Shown here piece by piece: positions 34,846 to 45,104 of a DNA stretch of 64,000 bases. The notes under the pieces were generated by a model. The model was not told the origin of the DNA and made no database searches. It worked only from the letters and a program-made list of their open reading frames with translations. Within the stretch, counting starts at the first letter, position 1, and each line of letters starts with the position of its first letter. The stretch lies in the sequence record PQ488502.1; one strand, 5' to 3'. This stretch comes from Escherichia phage BUCT632. The position numbers and the translations under genes were made by a program.

Positions 34846-35164
34846 TATTGAATCTGGTCTAGTAGACGGTGAAGATATTGTTAACTCCATGTTAGAAGTA
34901 ACAATAGATAATATTAATCCTATTTTGGCGGGGGAAGCTTCTGATCTTATAGGACTTTCTAGTACTTTCGATTCTTTGGCTAAATTAGCTTTAGATGATG
35001 AAGAGATAACCAAAGAAGATCTCGCCTCAGCTATGAATATGGCTATTAACGCTTACATTGGCAAACGTACCGATGAACTCGACAAACAAATCAAAAAGCG
35101 TGATACAACGTTAAATCTTATGGAAACGGCCACTATGTTAAGAAGTGGTAAACAACTTCATTAA
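34793..35164 (+). CDS. Hypothetical acidic protein
   Basis: ORF from ATG 34793; followed by hairpin AGGCCAG...CTGGCCT at 35171-35196. Confidence 0.4.
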   Translation: MTEKKNPLLEQMKEWESNIESGLVDGEDIVNSMLEVTIDNINPILAGEASDLIGLSSTFDSLAKLALDDEEITKEDLASAMNMAINAYIGKRTDELDKQIKKRDTTLNLMETATMLRSGKQLH

Positions 35165-35218
35165 TTCTAGAGGCCAGGACTTAATTGTTCTGGCCTTTTG
35201 TGTTTCAAGGAATTTCAA

Positions 35219-35422
35219 ATGCAAGTATACGTCCTTACTAGAGATATAAATGAGTATAATCAGGATGGTGAATATTTTGTAAAGGTATTCGCTGAAAAGC
35301 CAAGTAAACAACAATTATTAGATGCTGGAGTACCAGAAGACCAGGCTAAGTGTATATTACAAGATAAAGAGTTTACTGGTGATGCTTACGAATGTTTCTA
35401 CCTTAGCTGTGAGAATATCTAA
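35219..35422 (+). CDS. Hypothetical small protein
   Basis: ORF from ATG 35219. Confidence 0.4.
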   Translation: MQVYVLTRDINEYNQDGEYFVKVFAEKPSKQQLLDAGVPEDQAKCILQDKEFTGDAYECFYLSCENI

Positions 35423-35423
35423 T

Positions 35424-35870
35424 ATGAGAGAAAAAGTAAATGAATTACTAATCGAGGAAGCTAACAACTTCCCAATAAATAGGTTTATCAAATCGGATGG
35501 ATCTATTAATAGAACCAAGATTAAGCAGCTACATCCCGACTTTCAGCAAGAAGCACTAAATCTTATATTTATCAAGAAAGCTGTTGCAGTTCATGGAGCT
35601 TTCTTTGGGTATGAGCGTGTAAATTACAAAACAATGCAACAGCAAGTCGAGATCTATTGTCCGGACCATGAAGGGTATTACTGGCAAACTGCTAGATCTC
35701 ATTTAGAAGGGCATGGTTGTCGACTGTGTGCACACAAGGTTGTGCAGCGTGTCACAGATTATGGAACCTACACCGTGCCAGCATGTTACCATAAATTTGT
35801 AATTGACGATAATCATATAGTTTGGTATAATAAGTTTTCAAAGTTAAGAATGGAGATAAATAGTGAGTAA
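35424..35870 (+). CDS. Hypothetical protein with Cys/His cluster
   Basis: ORF from ATG 35424; CPDHEGYYW...HGCRLCAHK. Confidence 0.4.
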   Translation: MREKVNELLIEEANNFPINRFIKSDGSINRTKIKQLHPDFQQEALNLIFIKKAVAVHGAFFGYERVNYKTMQQQVEIYCPDHEGYYWQTARSHLEGHGCRLCAHKVVQRVTDYGTYTVPACYHKFVIDDNHIVWYNKFSKLRMEINSE

Positions 35871-36153
35871 CTATATTATATGGTCAAATCCATTAGCAGC
35901 ACTTAGTAACAAACTATTTAAAACAACGTGGGGCTATAATGAAATAGACTTAAGCAGTCGCCCAATACCAAATACATGCTCACTAGTCCCAGATCTGTAT
36001 AAAGTAGTAATAAATAACGTAGAATATTTGGTTGACGAATTTGATAGAAGGCATATACTAGAGAGTATTTATGATGCCAATATATCAATGAATGAATTAA
36101 TAGATCATGCCCAAATGTGTGATAAAAGCTGGATGTTAATATGGAAATCATAG
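35863..36153 (+). CDS. Hypothetical protein
   Basis: 96-aa ORF. Confidence 0.4.
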   Translation: MSNYIIWSNPLAALSNKLFKTTWGYNEIDLSSRPIPNTCSLVPDLYKVVINNVEYLVDEFDRRHILESIYDANISMNELIDHAQMCDKSWMLIWKS

Positions 36154-36374
36154 CAATTATTTTAGTAGTTATGTTATTCATCGTAGTACTTGTATCTTTT
36201 GCTATTATGCGTAGAGCTAGAGAACTAGCAGAAGATCTAGTAAAATTACGTGGTGAGTTAGCTGCTCTTAAATTACAACGAGAGGCCTTAAAAGTATTTG
36301 TAGCTCAAGGTAGCGCAGCGCATACAGCAGAAGACTTCATCGTATATCTCAAACGTTACGTGGGAATCAAATAA
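36141..36374 (+). CDS. Hypothetical membrane protein
   Basis: 77-aa ORF with N-terminal TM segment. Confidence 0.4.
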   Translation: MEIIAIILVVMLFIVVLVSFAIMRRARELAEDLVKLRGELAALKLQREALKVFVAQGSAAHTAEDFIVYLKRYVGIK

Positions 36375-36559
36375 TGGAAACATTACTTCTTGTATTATTA
36401 GGAGGCTCACTCCTAATAATCCTGGGACTGATACTGATTTGCAGTCGCCTCAATACTAAGAATCTAGAGTTAACCTGTGAGAATGAAATTCTCAATAATG
36501 AACTCTTTCAATATAACATCGCAGCCCATAAACTGTTAGACAAACTGGAGAATAAATAA
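36374..36559 (+). CDS. Hypothetical small membrane protein
   Basis: 61-aa ORF, hydrophobic N-terminus. Confidence 0.35.
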   Translation: METLLLVLLGGSLLIILGLILICSRLNTKNLELTCENEILNNELFQYNIAAHKLLDKLENK

Positions 36560-37179
36560 TGACTTTTAATGCACAACAACCTATTCAAGTAGTACCGGAT
36601 CATGAACTGAACACATGGGATTATAGCTTTAAAGATTTAACTGCTACTGTACAATTTAAATCTATGAAGCTAACATTTGCACATAATGACCTTAGAGCAT
36701 GTAAAGATCTTGAGGATAAGCTCGAAGATGCTCGTAAGATTTTTGGCAAGGCTCGCATCCCAGCTGATAATCTAATTAACGCATTAATCGATGCAGGGTA
36801 CAAACTTGTGAAGACTGAGGTGAACCGCCCTAGTACTCCAGTGACTATTAGAGATCCGTGGCAGTCAGGGACAATCTCAATGCTGAATAACTCCGATAAA
36901 AGATTAATGTCGGATATGCACAATGTTCCTTGTGGGGGTGTGGTAAGTAGTACGCAGTCATATAAGTTTGTGGAAGATTACGGCCCTTCTGTACAGTTGA
37001 AACATACTCAAGAAGCTTTTGAATCTGATATGCGAAGCGTAGCACCTGCGGATGTTGGAGTTTCTAGGAGTTCTGTTTGTACTATTCATTTTAATAATCC
37101 TGGTCAACATGGAAGTTTAGAAGATGCTATTATGGAGGCGTTGGGAGCTGCCATTAATGAAGATAATAGGGGTAGCTAA
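36559..37179 (+). CDS. Hypothetical protein
   Basis: 206-aa ORF; followed by hairpin GAGCCTC-TACG-GAGGCTC. Confidence 0.5.
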   Translation: MTFNAQQPIQVVPDHELNTWDYSFKDLTATVQFKSMKLTFAHNDLRACKDLEDKLEDARKIFGKARIPADNLINALIDAGYKLVKTEVNRPSTPVTIRDPWQSGTISMLNNSDKRLMSDMHNVPCGGVVSSTQSYKFVEDYGPSVQLKHTQEAFESDMRSVAPADVGVSRSSVCTIHFNNPGQHGSLEDAIMEALGAAINEDNRGS

Positions 37180-37257
37180 TCCTCTAATACATGAGCCTCT
37201 ACGGAGGCTCTAAAATAAAAAGAAGGTCATCCAGACCTTAAAAATGAGAGATAAATA

Positions 37258-38142
37258 ATGTATAACTTTAAAGATAAACTAAGACAAAATGCTGGCAAAG
37301 GAAAGGCAAAGGAGAATAATAGTGTTCCTAATGCTAAAGTACTTCCGTTTCCTGAACTAACTCAAGAAGAAAAAGATAAACTAGCATTTATGTTCGATGC
37401 ACTTATAGGATTAAGTGGACGACTGTACTCCACCCTTAGTCTTAATGAGAAACGTCTAGTAGAGATGTTTTGTAAACGTTACCCAGTTACTTCAAAGGGC
37501 AATGCCCATAAAGAAGGTGAAAAAGCATTCACAGTCTTAAAAATCAGTGCATATGCACATCGTTTCTTAGTTTATGGGTTACAGATGGAATACTTCACCA
37601 TTCCACCATTTAAGTCATTTCACATTTTTGAAGATGAACGAATGAATATTGATGATCTCTATGGAGATACGTACAAATATTCAGGGAGTCCATTCCATGA
37701 TGCATTAAGAAGCTATCCTACTAGTTATTTACCAGTTAGGGCATCACAAGGTAAAGCTAGCATCTTTGCGGTATACTCAGGATCTAAAGCATCTGATCTA
37801 GAAACTTATATATTTAAAGAGCGTAAATCTGTGCTTCCAGATGAAGCATTATATAATAATCCATTGCTTCCAGAAAAAGAACCAGAGAAAATTGATGTAA
37901 CCCCACCAACCCCATCTGATTCTCCTTATCTGAAGTTTGAAAATCAAGTTGGATGGGTTCTAGAAATGGGTGTAGCCTCACCGCTTGCTGCAGCATTCAT
38001 CAATAGGTATCTAGAAATTCCTGACGAGTTCCACTCACGTTATAATACGAATATTCAGATTACAGATGAATTAATAGCCATTGCAAAAGGTACACCTACT
38101 GACACTGAGGCGTATCAAAAAGCATACCAAGAGTTACTATAA
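37258..38142 (+). CDS. Hypothetical protein
   Basis: 294-aa ORF with RBS GAGAGA; last plus-strand early gene before the repeat locus. Confidence 0.5.
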   Translation: MYNFKDKLRQNAGKGKAKENNSVPNAKVLPFPELTQEEKDKLAFMFDALIGLSGRLYSTLSLNEKRLVEMFCKRYPVTSKGNAHKEGEKAFTVLKISAYAHRFLVYGLQMEYFTIPPFKSFHIFEDERMNIDDLYGDTYKYSGSPFHDALRSYPTSYLPVRASQGKASIFAVYSGSKASDLETYIFKERKSVLPDEALYNNPLLPEKEPEKIDVTPPTPSDSPYLKFENQVGWVLEMGVASPLAAAFINRYLEIPDEFHSRYNTNIQITDELIAIAKGTPTDTEAYQKAYQELL

Positions 38143-38562
38143 GATCCTGCATGTCTCGGTGCACAATACCTGTACCGAGACTCAAATACAAACTCTCGTT
38201 GACAGATAGCTAAATGTATGTTATCATAACTCTATGAGTTAATAGAATTAACCATTTAGAGTTGCCACACAGAAGGTGTGGTGGTTCAGTAATTTAAAAT
38301 TACTAACTTGTAGCGGAGGATACGGAGCGACAGGACAAGTTAATAAGTAATTTAATATAAATTGCTAGAAACATCACGAGACCTTCTGGCGGGGCAAAGC
38401 TCTATATGAGAACCCTGGGGGGATCTTATATTTAAAATAAAAGTAAAACTTTTGACCACATAATTTACATTCAAGATGATACACCGGTTGCCGCTCATCT
38501 GCTAGGATGGCACAACACTTTCCTAAAAACTCCAGAGTTCTCACGAAATATCACACTTCTAG

Positions 38563-38640
38563 TGGGCGGTTCTCCTAAGTTTCTAGGAACATATACTAGG
38601 CGGTTTAATACAGGGCGGTTATTGGGAGGGCGGTTATTTC
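38563..38640. repeat. Four direct copies of GGGCGGTT spaced about 20-25 bp
   Basis: GTGGGCGGTT, TAGGCGGTT, AGGGCGGTT, AGGGCGGTT within 80 bp. Confidence 0.6.
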
Positions 38641-38679
38641 TAGAAGGCATTTTTCCAAAACACATTTCCAGAAATTACT

Positions 38680-39279
38680 GTCGGATTTGCACACTGACAT
38701 AAGTTTAAAAACTGGTCGGATTTGCACAATTGCCTAAGTTTTTAGGAACATATAATCTCCTGAAAATGGCAGCATTATTTCGGGCCGAAGGCCCATGATT
38801 GCCTGAGTTTTTAGAGCCACAGAAATTTTCACTTGTCAAGCTATTTTGCCCCATTTTGCTAATAAAATTTTACTTTATCTCACCCCAAGCCCAATTAACC
38901 CAAATCTTCTCAACTCTTCCCCAAAAACGCAGCAAATCAGGCGTTGCACGCCACCAATGCTGCTCCTCTCGCAGTTCCCCCTATTTTCTCTCGCTCTCTC
39001 ATCTTATCCCCAAACCCACACAATCACACACCCTCTCATCGAAGTCACAAAAATCTTGTCGGATTCGCACATCTTAATCCTAGAAAAACCGTGTCGGATT
39101 TGCACATACCCCACAGGATTCGAACGCAGTTCGAGATTGCTGGAGTTTTTGGGAGACAGATTCGTCACTCTCACGAATTTATAAATTTTTCGGGTCGGAT
39201 TTGCACACTACCAAAAATTGTCGGATTTGCACATACACGCCCGCACGTAACACCCGTGGAGCAATGTCGGATTTGCACA
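38680..39279. repeat. Seven direct copies of 14-bp iteron-like motif GTCGGATTTGCACA
   Basis: copies at 38680, 38715, 39058 (variant GTCGGATTCGCACA), 39093, 39193, 39219, 39266; irregular spacing. Confidence 0.8.
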
Positions 39280-39282
39280 AAA

Positions 39283-39306
39283 GCGCAGGGCAATTGCCCT
39301 GCGCTA
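39283..39306. repeat. Perfect 24-bp palindrome AGCGCAGGGCAATTGCCCTGCGCT
   Basis: 10-bp GC-rich arms around AATT centre. Confidence 0.75.
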
Positions 39307-39530
39307 AATGAGAATAAAAATAAGAATCATTCTCATTTAAAAAGCGGAATGAGAATGATAATAATTCGCATTTAGAAAGTGAAACGATTCTCACTTAGAA
39401 AGTGGAATGATTCTCATTTAAAAAACGGAATGAAAATTATTCAGGAAGTGAAACGATTCTCATTTAGAAAGTGGAATGCGAATGATAATGATTCGCATTT
39501 AAGAATGGAAGTGAGAAACACTGCTATTTA
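39307..39530. repeat. AT-rich degenerate tandem repeat array (units like GAATGATTCTCATTTAAAAA)
   Basis: at least 8 related units of about 20-25 bp with GAATGA/TCTCATTT cores. Confidence 0.65.
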
Positions 39531-39615
39531 AGTTATCCACAGACTTATCAACAGCACGATTTGACTTGACAAAATCCTAGCCATTTTGAAGCGTTATTAA
39601 CAGACTTATCCACAG
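39523..39615. promoter_or_regulatory. Two DnaA-box consensus sites (TTATCCACA)
   Basis: TTATCCACA at 39523-39531 and 39607-39615, exact matches to E. coli DnaA box consensus. Confidence 0.6.
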
Positions 39616-39960
39616 CTTATCCTACTGTATAAATATACAGTATTCCTATGCAGTGAATAATTCTAATATACCGCTAAAACGCTCTCAAAGATTGGAGGAG
39701 GCTTGAAAATTAGTTAGCCCGCTAACGATCACACAAGGCGACACGTAACACCCTAATCATTAGCAGGCTAACCATCGCGGGCGCTGTCAAATAAGAATGA
39801 TTCTTATTTGAGAATTGGGGGCACTTCCTGATAGTTGCGCCCCGTGATTATTATAGTAGTGGGCAATCGTTACGCTTTGCCCACTCCCGCCACTCATCTT
39901 GATGCCTAGACTTGCGACGGCGTACTAAAAACCGTTTGTACCAGTGATTAAACCATCGTT

Positions 39961-40164
39961 TCATAAATCTTCCTCCGGTAGTCGATGCGTGATTTTTTCC
40001 TCTTCCCCGTAGGAATCCACTAAATACTGATAATAACCATCGTGATCATAAATCACTTTATCATACTCGCCACGCTCGACCGCTTGTCTATTTTCCGGCG
40101 TATCGGGCACGTAAAAAACATCAACCATTGTGCTAGTTTTGGTCACAACAATTTTATTGCTCAT
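39961..40164 (-). CDS. Hypothetical protein
   Basis: 67-aa minus-strand ORF, first of a minus-strand block. Confidence 0.4.
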   Translation of the reverse strand: MSNKIVVTKTSTMVDVFYVPDTPENRQAVERGEYDKVIYDHDGYYQYLVDSYGEEEKITHRLPEEDL

Positions 40165-40216
40165 AATAACGCTCCGTTACTATATAATCTCGTTGCAATA
40201 CACCAAAATTATATAG

Positions 40217-40432
40217 TTACTCATATTCTAGCTCGAAAATATCCTCACCATATAATTTGATTAAATCAACTAAATAAAACGCTGTGCCAGTATTATTATT
40301 TCTCCTTATAAATCTATGATTCGCGTCTTTAAATACAGTGAATACATCACCTGTTTTACCTACTCCCCATAAATCCTGTGTTAATTTTACCCGTTTAACC
40401 TTTAGCAACATATTCCAAGTAATTTCATTCAT
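40217..40432 (-). CDS. Hypothetical protein
   Basis: 71-aa minus-strand ORF. Confidence 0.4.
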   Translation of the reverse strand: MNEITWNMLLKVKRVKLTQDLWGVGKTGDVFTVFKDANHRFIRRNNNTGTAFYLVDLIKLYGEDIFELEYE

Positions 40433-40788
40433 TGCGCCACCTTTCGAAACGCTGTTTCAATACTATCCGCAGTGGATTGAATATATGCGCCTTTCATTAT
40501 CAGGCGCTCGGTGCATACTTTGCGGAAAATATTAATAAAATCATCTTCATTTTCTGCAATTAATGCTTCCCCCATAACTTGAACGTCACAAGATGCAAAG
40601 GTCAAAAATTGAAACGCTAGTTCACGGGCAACGACCGCATTGATTTTATAATGCGCCTTGCCCTCATAAATATTAATAACGCCCTTATAAGCTGGGGAAA
40701 GCTGATTTAAGTAGTTTGCTAGTAATGCCGGACGGCAATTAGCAACAAAACGATTACCTTCATAAATAACCATTTGACAACCTCCCAA
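40429..40788 (-). CDS. Hypothetical protein
   Basis: 119-aa minus-strand ORF overlapping downstream gene by 4 nt. Confidence 0.4.
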   Translation of the reverse strand: MGGCQMVIYEGNRFVANCRPALLANYLNQLSPAYKGVINIYEGKAHYKINAVVARELAFQFLTFASCDVQVMGEALIAENEDDFINIFRKVCTERLIMKGAYIQSTADSIETAFRKVAQ

Positions 40789-40896
40789 TTATATAGCCGG
40801 ATAATAACATAAAGATCCCCAATGAAAGGGGATCATTCTTAAATAGGGTGGCTGTAAAACCGCCAACCATTGCAAGGATAATAACAATAACGCTTT

Positions 40897-41109
40897 TCAT
40901 AGCACCCCACGAAACGCAGCGTAAAAGGTGGCAAAATGTTTAACCGTTTCAGCGATCACGTTGCCGCGCTTATCAAATTTCTTTTCTGTAACACGAAAAG
41001 CGTTTTTATTACGTGCTACATATTCGATTTTACAATCTTCCCGCTCGAACGTGTTAACATCCACCAGCTTAAATCCTTTCGAACGTGCAAGAGAAACGTT
41101 ACGGATCAT
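40897..41109 (-). CDS. Hypothetical protein
   Basis: 70-aa minus-strand ORF. Confidence 0.4.
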   Translation of the reverse strand: MIRNVSLARSKGFKLVDVNTFEREDCKIEYVARNKNAFRVTEKKFDKRGNVIAETVKHFATFYAAFRGVL

Positions 41110-41307
41110 TTTTATTCTCCTTTACTAGTCATGCAGCCCAGCAGATAAGAAAACGCAGCAATGCCAGCGCCAATAATAACGGCGTGAACGCCAAAAGCTA
41201 TTGCAAATAACGATAAAATAGCGCCCAAGATACCCGCCAGAATAGCTCGAAAAATAATCATTTTTATTCTCCTAGTCAGTGGGGGATATAATATCCCCCG
41301 TTACTAA

Positions 41308-41538
41308 TTACATTAAAACAATTTTTGCGGCTTGTTTTTTAGTGCAATGTTCAGCTTTCAGGGTATCCAGCAAAAAGCCCGCCGTTTGCTGATCGATTTT
41401 ATCGGCGTTGTATAGTTCTTGGATGGTGTTATAAGTTTTAGCAATGCCGAACTCCTGCACCATTTCATGAATAACAACGCGATTGGACACCCAACCTTGA
41501 GCGGTAAACAGATGAGTAGCAGAAGAGTAAGCAACCAT
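41308..41538 (-). CDS. Hypothetical protein
   Basis: 76-aa minus-strand ORF. Confidence 0.4.
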   Translation of the reverse strand: MVAYSSATHLFTAQGWVSNRVVIHEMVQEFGIAKTYNTIQELYNADKIDQQTAGFLLDTLKAEHCTKKQAAKIVLM

Positions 41539-41642
41539 TTTAAGCCTCCAAATTTTTGGGAAATTTTCAATCCACCGTTTTGGTGTAAAGGCATTATAAC
41601 AAAAAAGGCCACCATAAAAGGCGACCTTTACAAAACTTTACA

Positions 41643-42137
41643 TTAGACTACTTGTAAGGATTCAACATTGAAACATCGTTTCAATTCGTCATGCAAAACA
41701 GCGTATTCCTCCCATCGGGTACTATCAGGAATATAAACAAGCTGTTTTAATCGATTTGCGTATATTACCGCTTTGTTATCGACTATCTCGACGCCGCCAT
41801 ATTTAATAATTAATTTCATGACGGAATTAATAGGATCGCCGCCGTTTACATATGTGCCGGATTTACTTAGCTGATAATGATAAAGGCTTGCATATACGTT
41901 TTCATTTTCATACCATTCGCCAGTTTCTTCGTCTTCATAGCCATCACTACCAAAACGAGAAGCATTATCAACAGCCATTTCCTGAGCAAAAGCGTCCAGA
42001 TCCGTACCAGCAGGAACAAAGTATTCCTCGGTGTTCCCTTCCCCGCAATAGCCAGTATGACAATCGACTAAAATGATCATATCATGTTTAGCCGTGCTTA
42101 CTTCCCCTAGCGAGAAGCCGTATTTTTCCTCAGCCAT
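41643..42137 (-). CDS. Hypothetical acidic protein
   Basis: 164-aa minus-strand ORF. Confidence 0.5.
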   Translation of the reverse strand: MAEEKYGFSLGEVSTAKHDMIILVDCHTGYCGEGNTEEYFVPAGTDLDAFAQEMAVDNASRFGSDGYEDEETGEWYENENVYASLYHYQLSKSGTYVNGGDPINSVMKLIIKYGGVEIVDNKAVIYANRLKQLVYIPDSTRWEEYAVLHDELKRCFNVESLQVV

Positions 42138-42202
42138 TTATTAGCCTCCTATTAATTAACAAGGGAATAGTAAAGTGGGGAAATAATCCCCACTAAATAT
42201 TA

Positions 42203-43213
42203 TTACTCGATTTCGGTGCTAGTGGTAAAAGTAGAAATATCAATACCTTTCACCATTTCATCAATCATTTCAGCGATGTTAAAACTTTGCACCATTTCCA
42301 GCATTGCCGCTTCCATAGCCGCCCCCGCTACCGCTTTCGCCTTTTGGTTACTCGGTGCGTACTGGTCAACCGCCACACTCAGCAGGTTAGCAATCACTAC
42401 TCGACCGATCGGCGTATCAATATAACCTTTAATCATAAACGGTGCTTTTTTAGCCGCTACTTTCGTAATTTGAGTCAGTGCAATTTTACCCGCTTCCAGT
42501 TTTGCAGCATTTACAACAGCGGATTTATTAGCGGCAACGATGTTAGCAATCTTGGTCATGGTGTTTTTTCCTTTGTTTTCAGTAGTTTGAGTATTAACGC
42601 TTTGAGTGTTAGAATTTACAGCATGGTTTTCTACGCTGTCAATAATCTGATCTTCATCTTTCCAGAAAGAAAAACCAGCGCTTTCTATATCCCCATCATA
42701 AATATACGGGTATAACTCCCGTGGTAACAAAAAATTACCATCGCCATCAAAAGCCATTATACCAGTATATTGAGATCCGTCGTTATCCGGCTTATGCCAT
42801 CCAGCGGGTAAATACTTCCAGATAACATCTAAAAATCCCTCAATGCTAGAAAGTCCATTTATCAGATCAAGCCCAATAAGCTCGAAACCATTTATATTAA
42901 ATGATTGACGGCCTGAATTGCTATGATACGCAACAATATTATTACCCTGCGTAATAATAAAATCGGCATCCGGCCCCGCTCCCCTGCCTGTAAAGATATG
43001 GCAATCCCGATTATATAAAACTAGCGTTGCCCCTTGTTTATATAACGGCAAAAAACCATCCATATCATAAGCGTCATAATCATCAAAAAAGTTTTGATGA
43101 ATAGTCTCAATCTTGTTAATAAAATGTTTAATGCTGGTTGACTTGCTACCGTCCAGCAGGTTGCGCAATGCACCCTTTAATACGGTGGCATTATCAGGTT
43201 TATACAGCCTCAT
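42203..43213 (-). CDS. Hypothetical protein
   Basis: 336-aa minus-strand ORF; start preceded (on minus strand) by AGGAGGCCGAACAA RBS. Confidence 0.55.
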   Translation of the reverse strand: MRLYKPDNATVLKGALRNLLDGSKSTSIKHFINKIETIHQNFFDDYDAYDMDGFLPLYKQGATLVLYNRDCHIFTGRGAGPDADFIITQGNNIVAYHSNSGRQSFNINGFELIGLDLINGLSSIEGFLDVIWKYLPAGWHKPDNDGSQYTGIMAFDGDGNFLLPRELYPYIYDGDIESAGFSFWKDEDQIIDSVENHAVNSNTQSVNTQTTENKGKNTMTKIANIVAANKSAVVNAAKLEAGKIALTQITKVAAKKAPFMIKGYIDTPIGRVVIANLLSVAVDQYAPSNQKAKAVAGAAMEAAMLEMVQSFNIAEMIDEMVKGIDISTFTTSTEIE

Positions 43214-43505
43214 TTGTTCGGCCTCCTCGTTAATCGGTGAGTGAATGATATAGATATTTGTTCACTAGGGGCAAGAAAAAAGAAAATGTTTTTTATTCCT
43301 TGCCTAGCGCCTATTTTTATGCTAACCGCGCAGCGGTGTAATAAAGAGCAAAAAACGGCGAAGCCACCAGGCCGCAGCATTGAGGCTTTACTTTACTATT
43401 ACCTTGCAGCGTTTAGCTCGTTAGAATGCGATTTAGGCCGCTTAAAATTGATTGCAGTTGTTAACACTACCTTTTTACCCTGTATATTTATACAGTGGAA
43501 TAACC

Positions 43506-43872
43506 TGTGGATAAGTCTGTGCAAAAGTCCTTATATCGCCGCCTATCGTGTCAAGTTATTTCGTGCTGTGGATAACGTTGTGGATAACTTAAATGATAGT
43601 GGTTCTCACTTAGGCCGATAGTTTCTTATAGTTATTATTTCTCATTAATTTATAAGTATATTATATATTATGAAATAGTTAGTTGGCTAATGAGATTTTT
43701 CGTGATTAATAGTCTGCTAATAGTTTACTCTGTTACAGTCCACCAGCATGATTATCATCCTAGCAATTATTATCCTGCTATCTTTCCGATACATACTAGC
43801 AAACAAAAGTCAATTAATTTATTTCATAAAATAAGTAGTTATCCACTGGAAAATAAAAGTCAAGTGGATAAC
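43506..43872. promoter_or_regulatory. Cluster of five DnaA-box matches in divergent intergenic region
   Basis: TGTGGATAA at 43506-43514, 43567-43575, 43579-43587; TTATCCAC at 43839-43846; GTGGATAAC at 43864-43872. Confidence 0.55.
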
Positions 43873-44751
43873 TAGGAAAATTTCATTTTTGCTTTTGGGG
43901 ATAAGTTATCAACAAGGCTAGAATGCGCCTAAAACGCCCTAGAACGCGATGAAGTTTTTAGCCATCCCATCATAAGGGGATAGGCCGTTTATCGCTGCCA
44001 CGAGCTTTTTGGATTTTGTCAAGTAGGGCAAAGCAAATATAAATGAAAAAATTACTTGCCTATCTGCTTTATTTTGTGGTATTCGCGCGCCCGTTTCTTT
44101 TAATTTTAGGCCATCGCCGCACGGTGTCCGGTGAGTTTTGTCTTTACGTTTCTTTACAAAAATAAGGTTGCGCCATTTTCGGGAATCCCCTATTATTTAT
44201 CACGTAGGGCGGCAATGACGAACTACACGGCGGGAAGTTTACCGCCACGCTCTTTAAAAATTGGGTACATCTTAAAGCCTATCGGCGGTAAACTTATACA
44301 TTATAAGGAATCGACGATATGAAACAAACGCTTTTGATCACTGGCAAGCCTATTAAGGCACTAGATAGCAAAACAAAAAATTTGTTGACAGTAGCTCAAA
44401 GATCAGTAAAATATAGATTCACGCAGTACAAGAAAGGCCGCCAGCAAGGTTTAGAAATGATCTGGCGCAATATTATGATTGACCTGAAGGAAAATCATAA
44501 AAAATTGCAAAAAATTGTTTGACACCCTAGCCGATAGGCTTTAAGATGTACTCAGTTCGATAAGAGCGATAACTTGATAAAATTTGACGGTCGGTGCTTA
44601 CCATAATGCATCCCGCCCCCTAACGGGATATAGCGGCCTACGTGGAGTTCTTTAAATTGATTATAGCGGCGGGAGGATTGTTACTTATTACCTGCTAGTA
44701 TTTTCTAGTAGGTAATGCGGAACAATCCCCAAATAACTAGGAGTTTATACT

Positions 44752-45003
44752 ATGCAAAACGTTATTACCGCGCCGAAAGTTGGTCAATCCGTCTTCATTC
44801 CTTTCGTTACTAAAACGGATGAATTAACCGGAAAAGCCGAACGTATTAAAGGTGCGGCGCTTATGCCGTTCGATACAATCGACGCGGTATATGCTGAAAA
44901 TGAACGCAGTAACAACGGCAAGCCGATTTATAACGTTCGCGTTAAATCCGGCGACGTTGTAAAGGTTGTTCAACGCAACGAAAAATGGGAAGCTGTATTG
45001 TAA
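44752..45003 (+). CDS. Hypothetical protein
   Basis: 83-aa ORF with AGGAGTTTATACT-ATG initiation context shared by neighbouring genes. Confidence 0.45.
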   Translation: MQNVITAPKVGQSVFIPFVTKTDELTGKAERIKGAALMPFDTIDAVYAENERSNNGKPIYNVRVKSGDVVKVVQRNEKWEAVL

Positions 45004-45104
45004 TGTAGTGTTAACTTTATATTCCCCTGAAATATGGGGAATATATGGATTAACATTTAGTTAATCATTAAATCCCTTAAATTAAACTAATAGGAGTTTT
45101 TACC

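Noticed and set aside
38680-39279. Direct repeats considered as a CRISPR array
   Set aside because: Repeat unit is only 14 bp, spacing is irregular (about 20 to 330 bp), and no cas genes are nearby; better explained as iterons or protein-binding sites.
38799-39375. Plus-strand ORFs 38799..39077, 38846..39184 and 38944..39375 in the repeat locus
   Set aside because: They overlap one another in different frames across iterons and palindromes and encode Pro/Ser/His-rich low-complexity sequence; the interval is judged non-coding.
42216-42715. Plus-strand ORFs 42216..42425 and 42287..42715 inside minus-strand gene 42203..43213
   Set aside because: Antisense to a longer minus-strand ORF with a strong RBS; no independent start context.
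44585-44614. TTGACG ... CATAAT considered as a sigma70 promoter upstream of gene 44752
   Set aside because: Spacer between the hexamers is only 12-13 nt, so it does not fit a standard sigma70 promoter; left unannotated.
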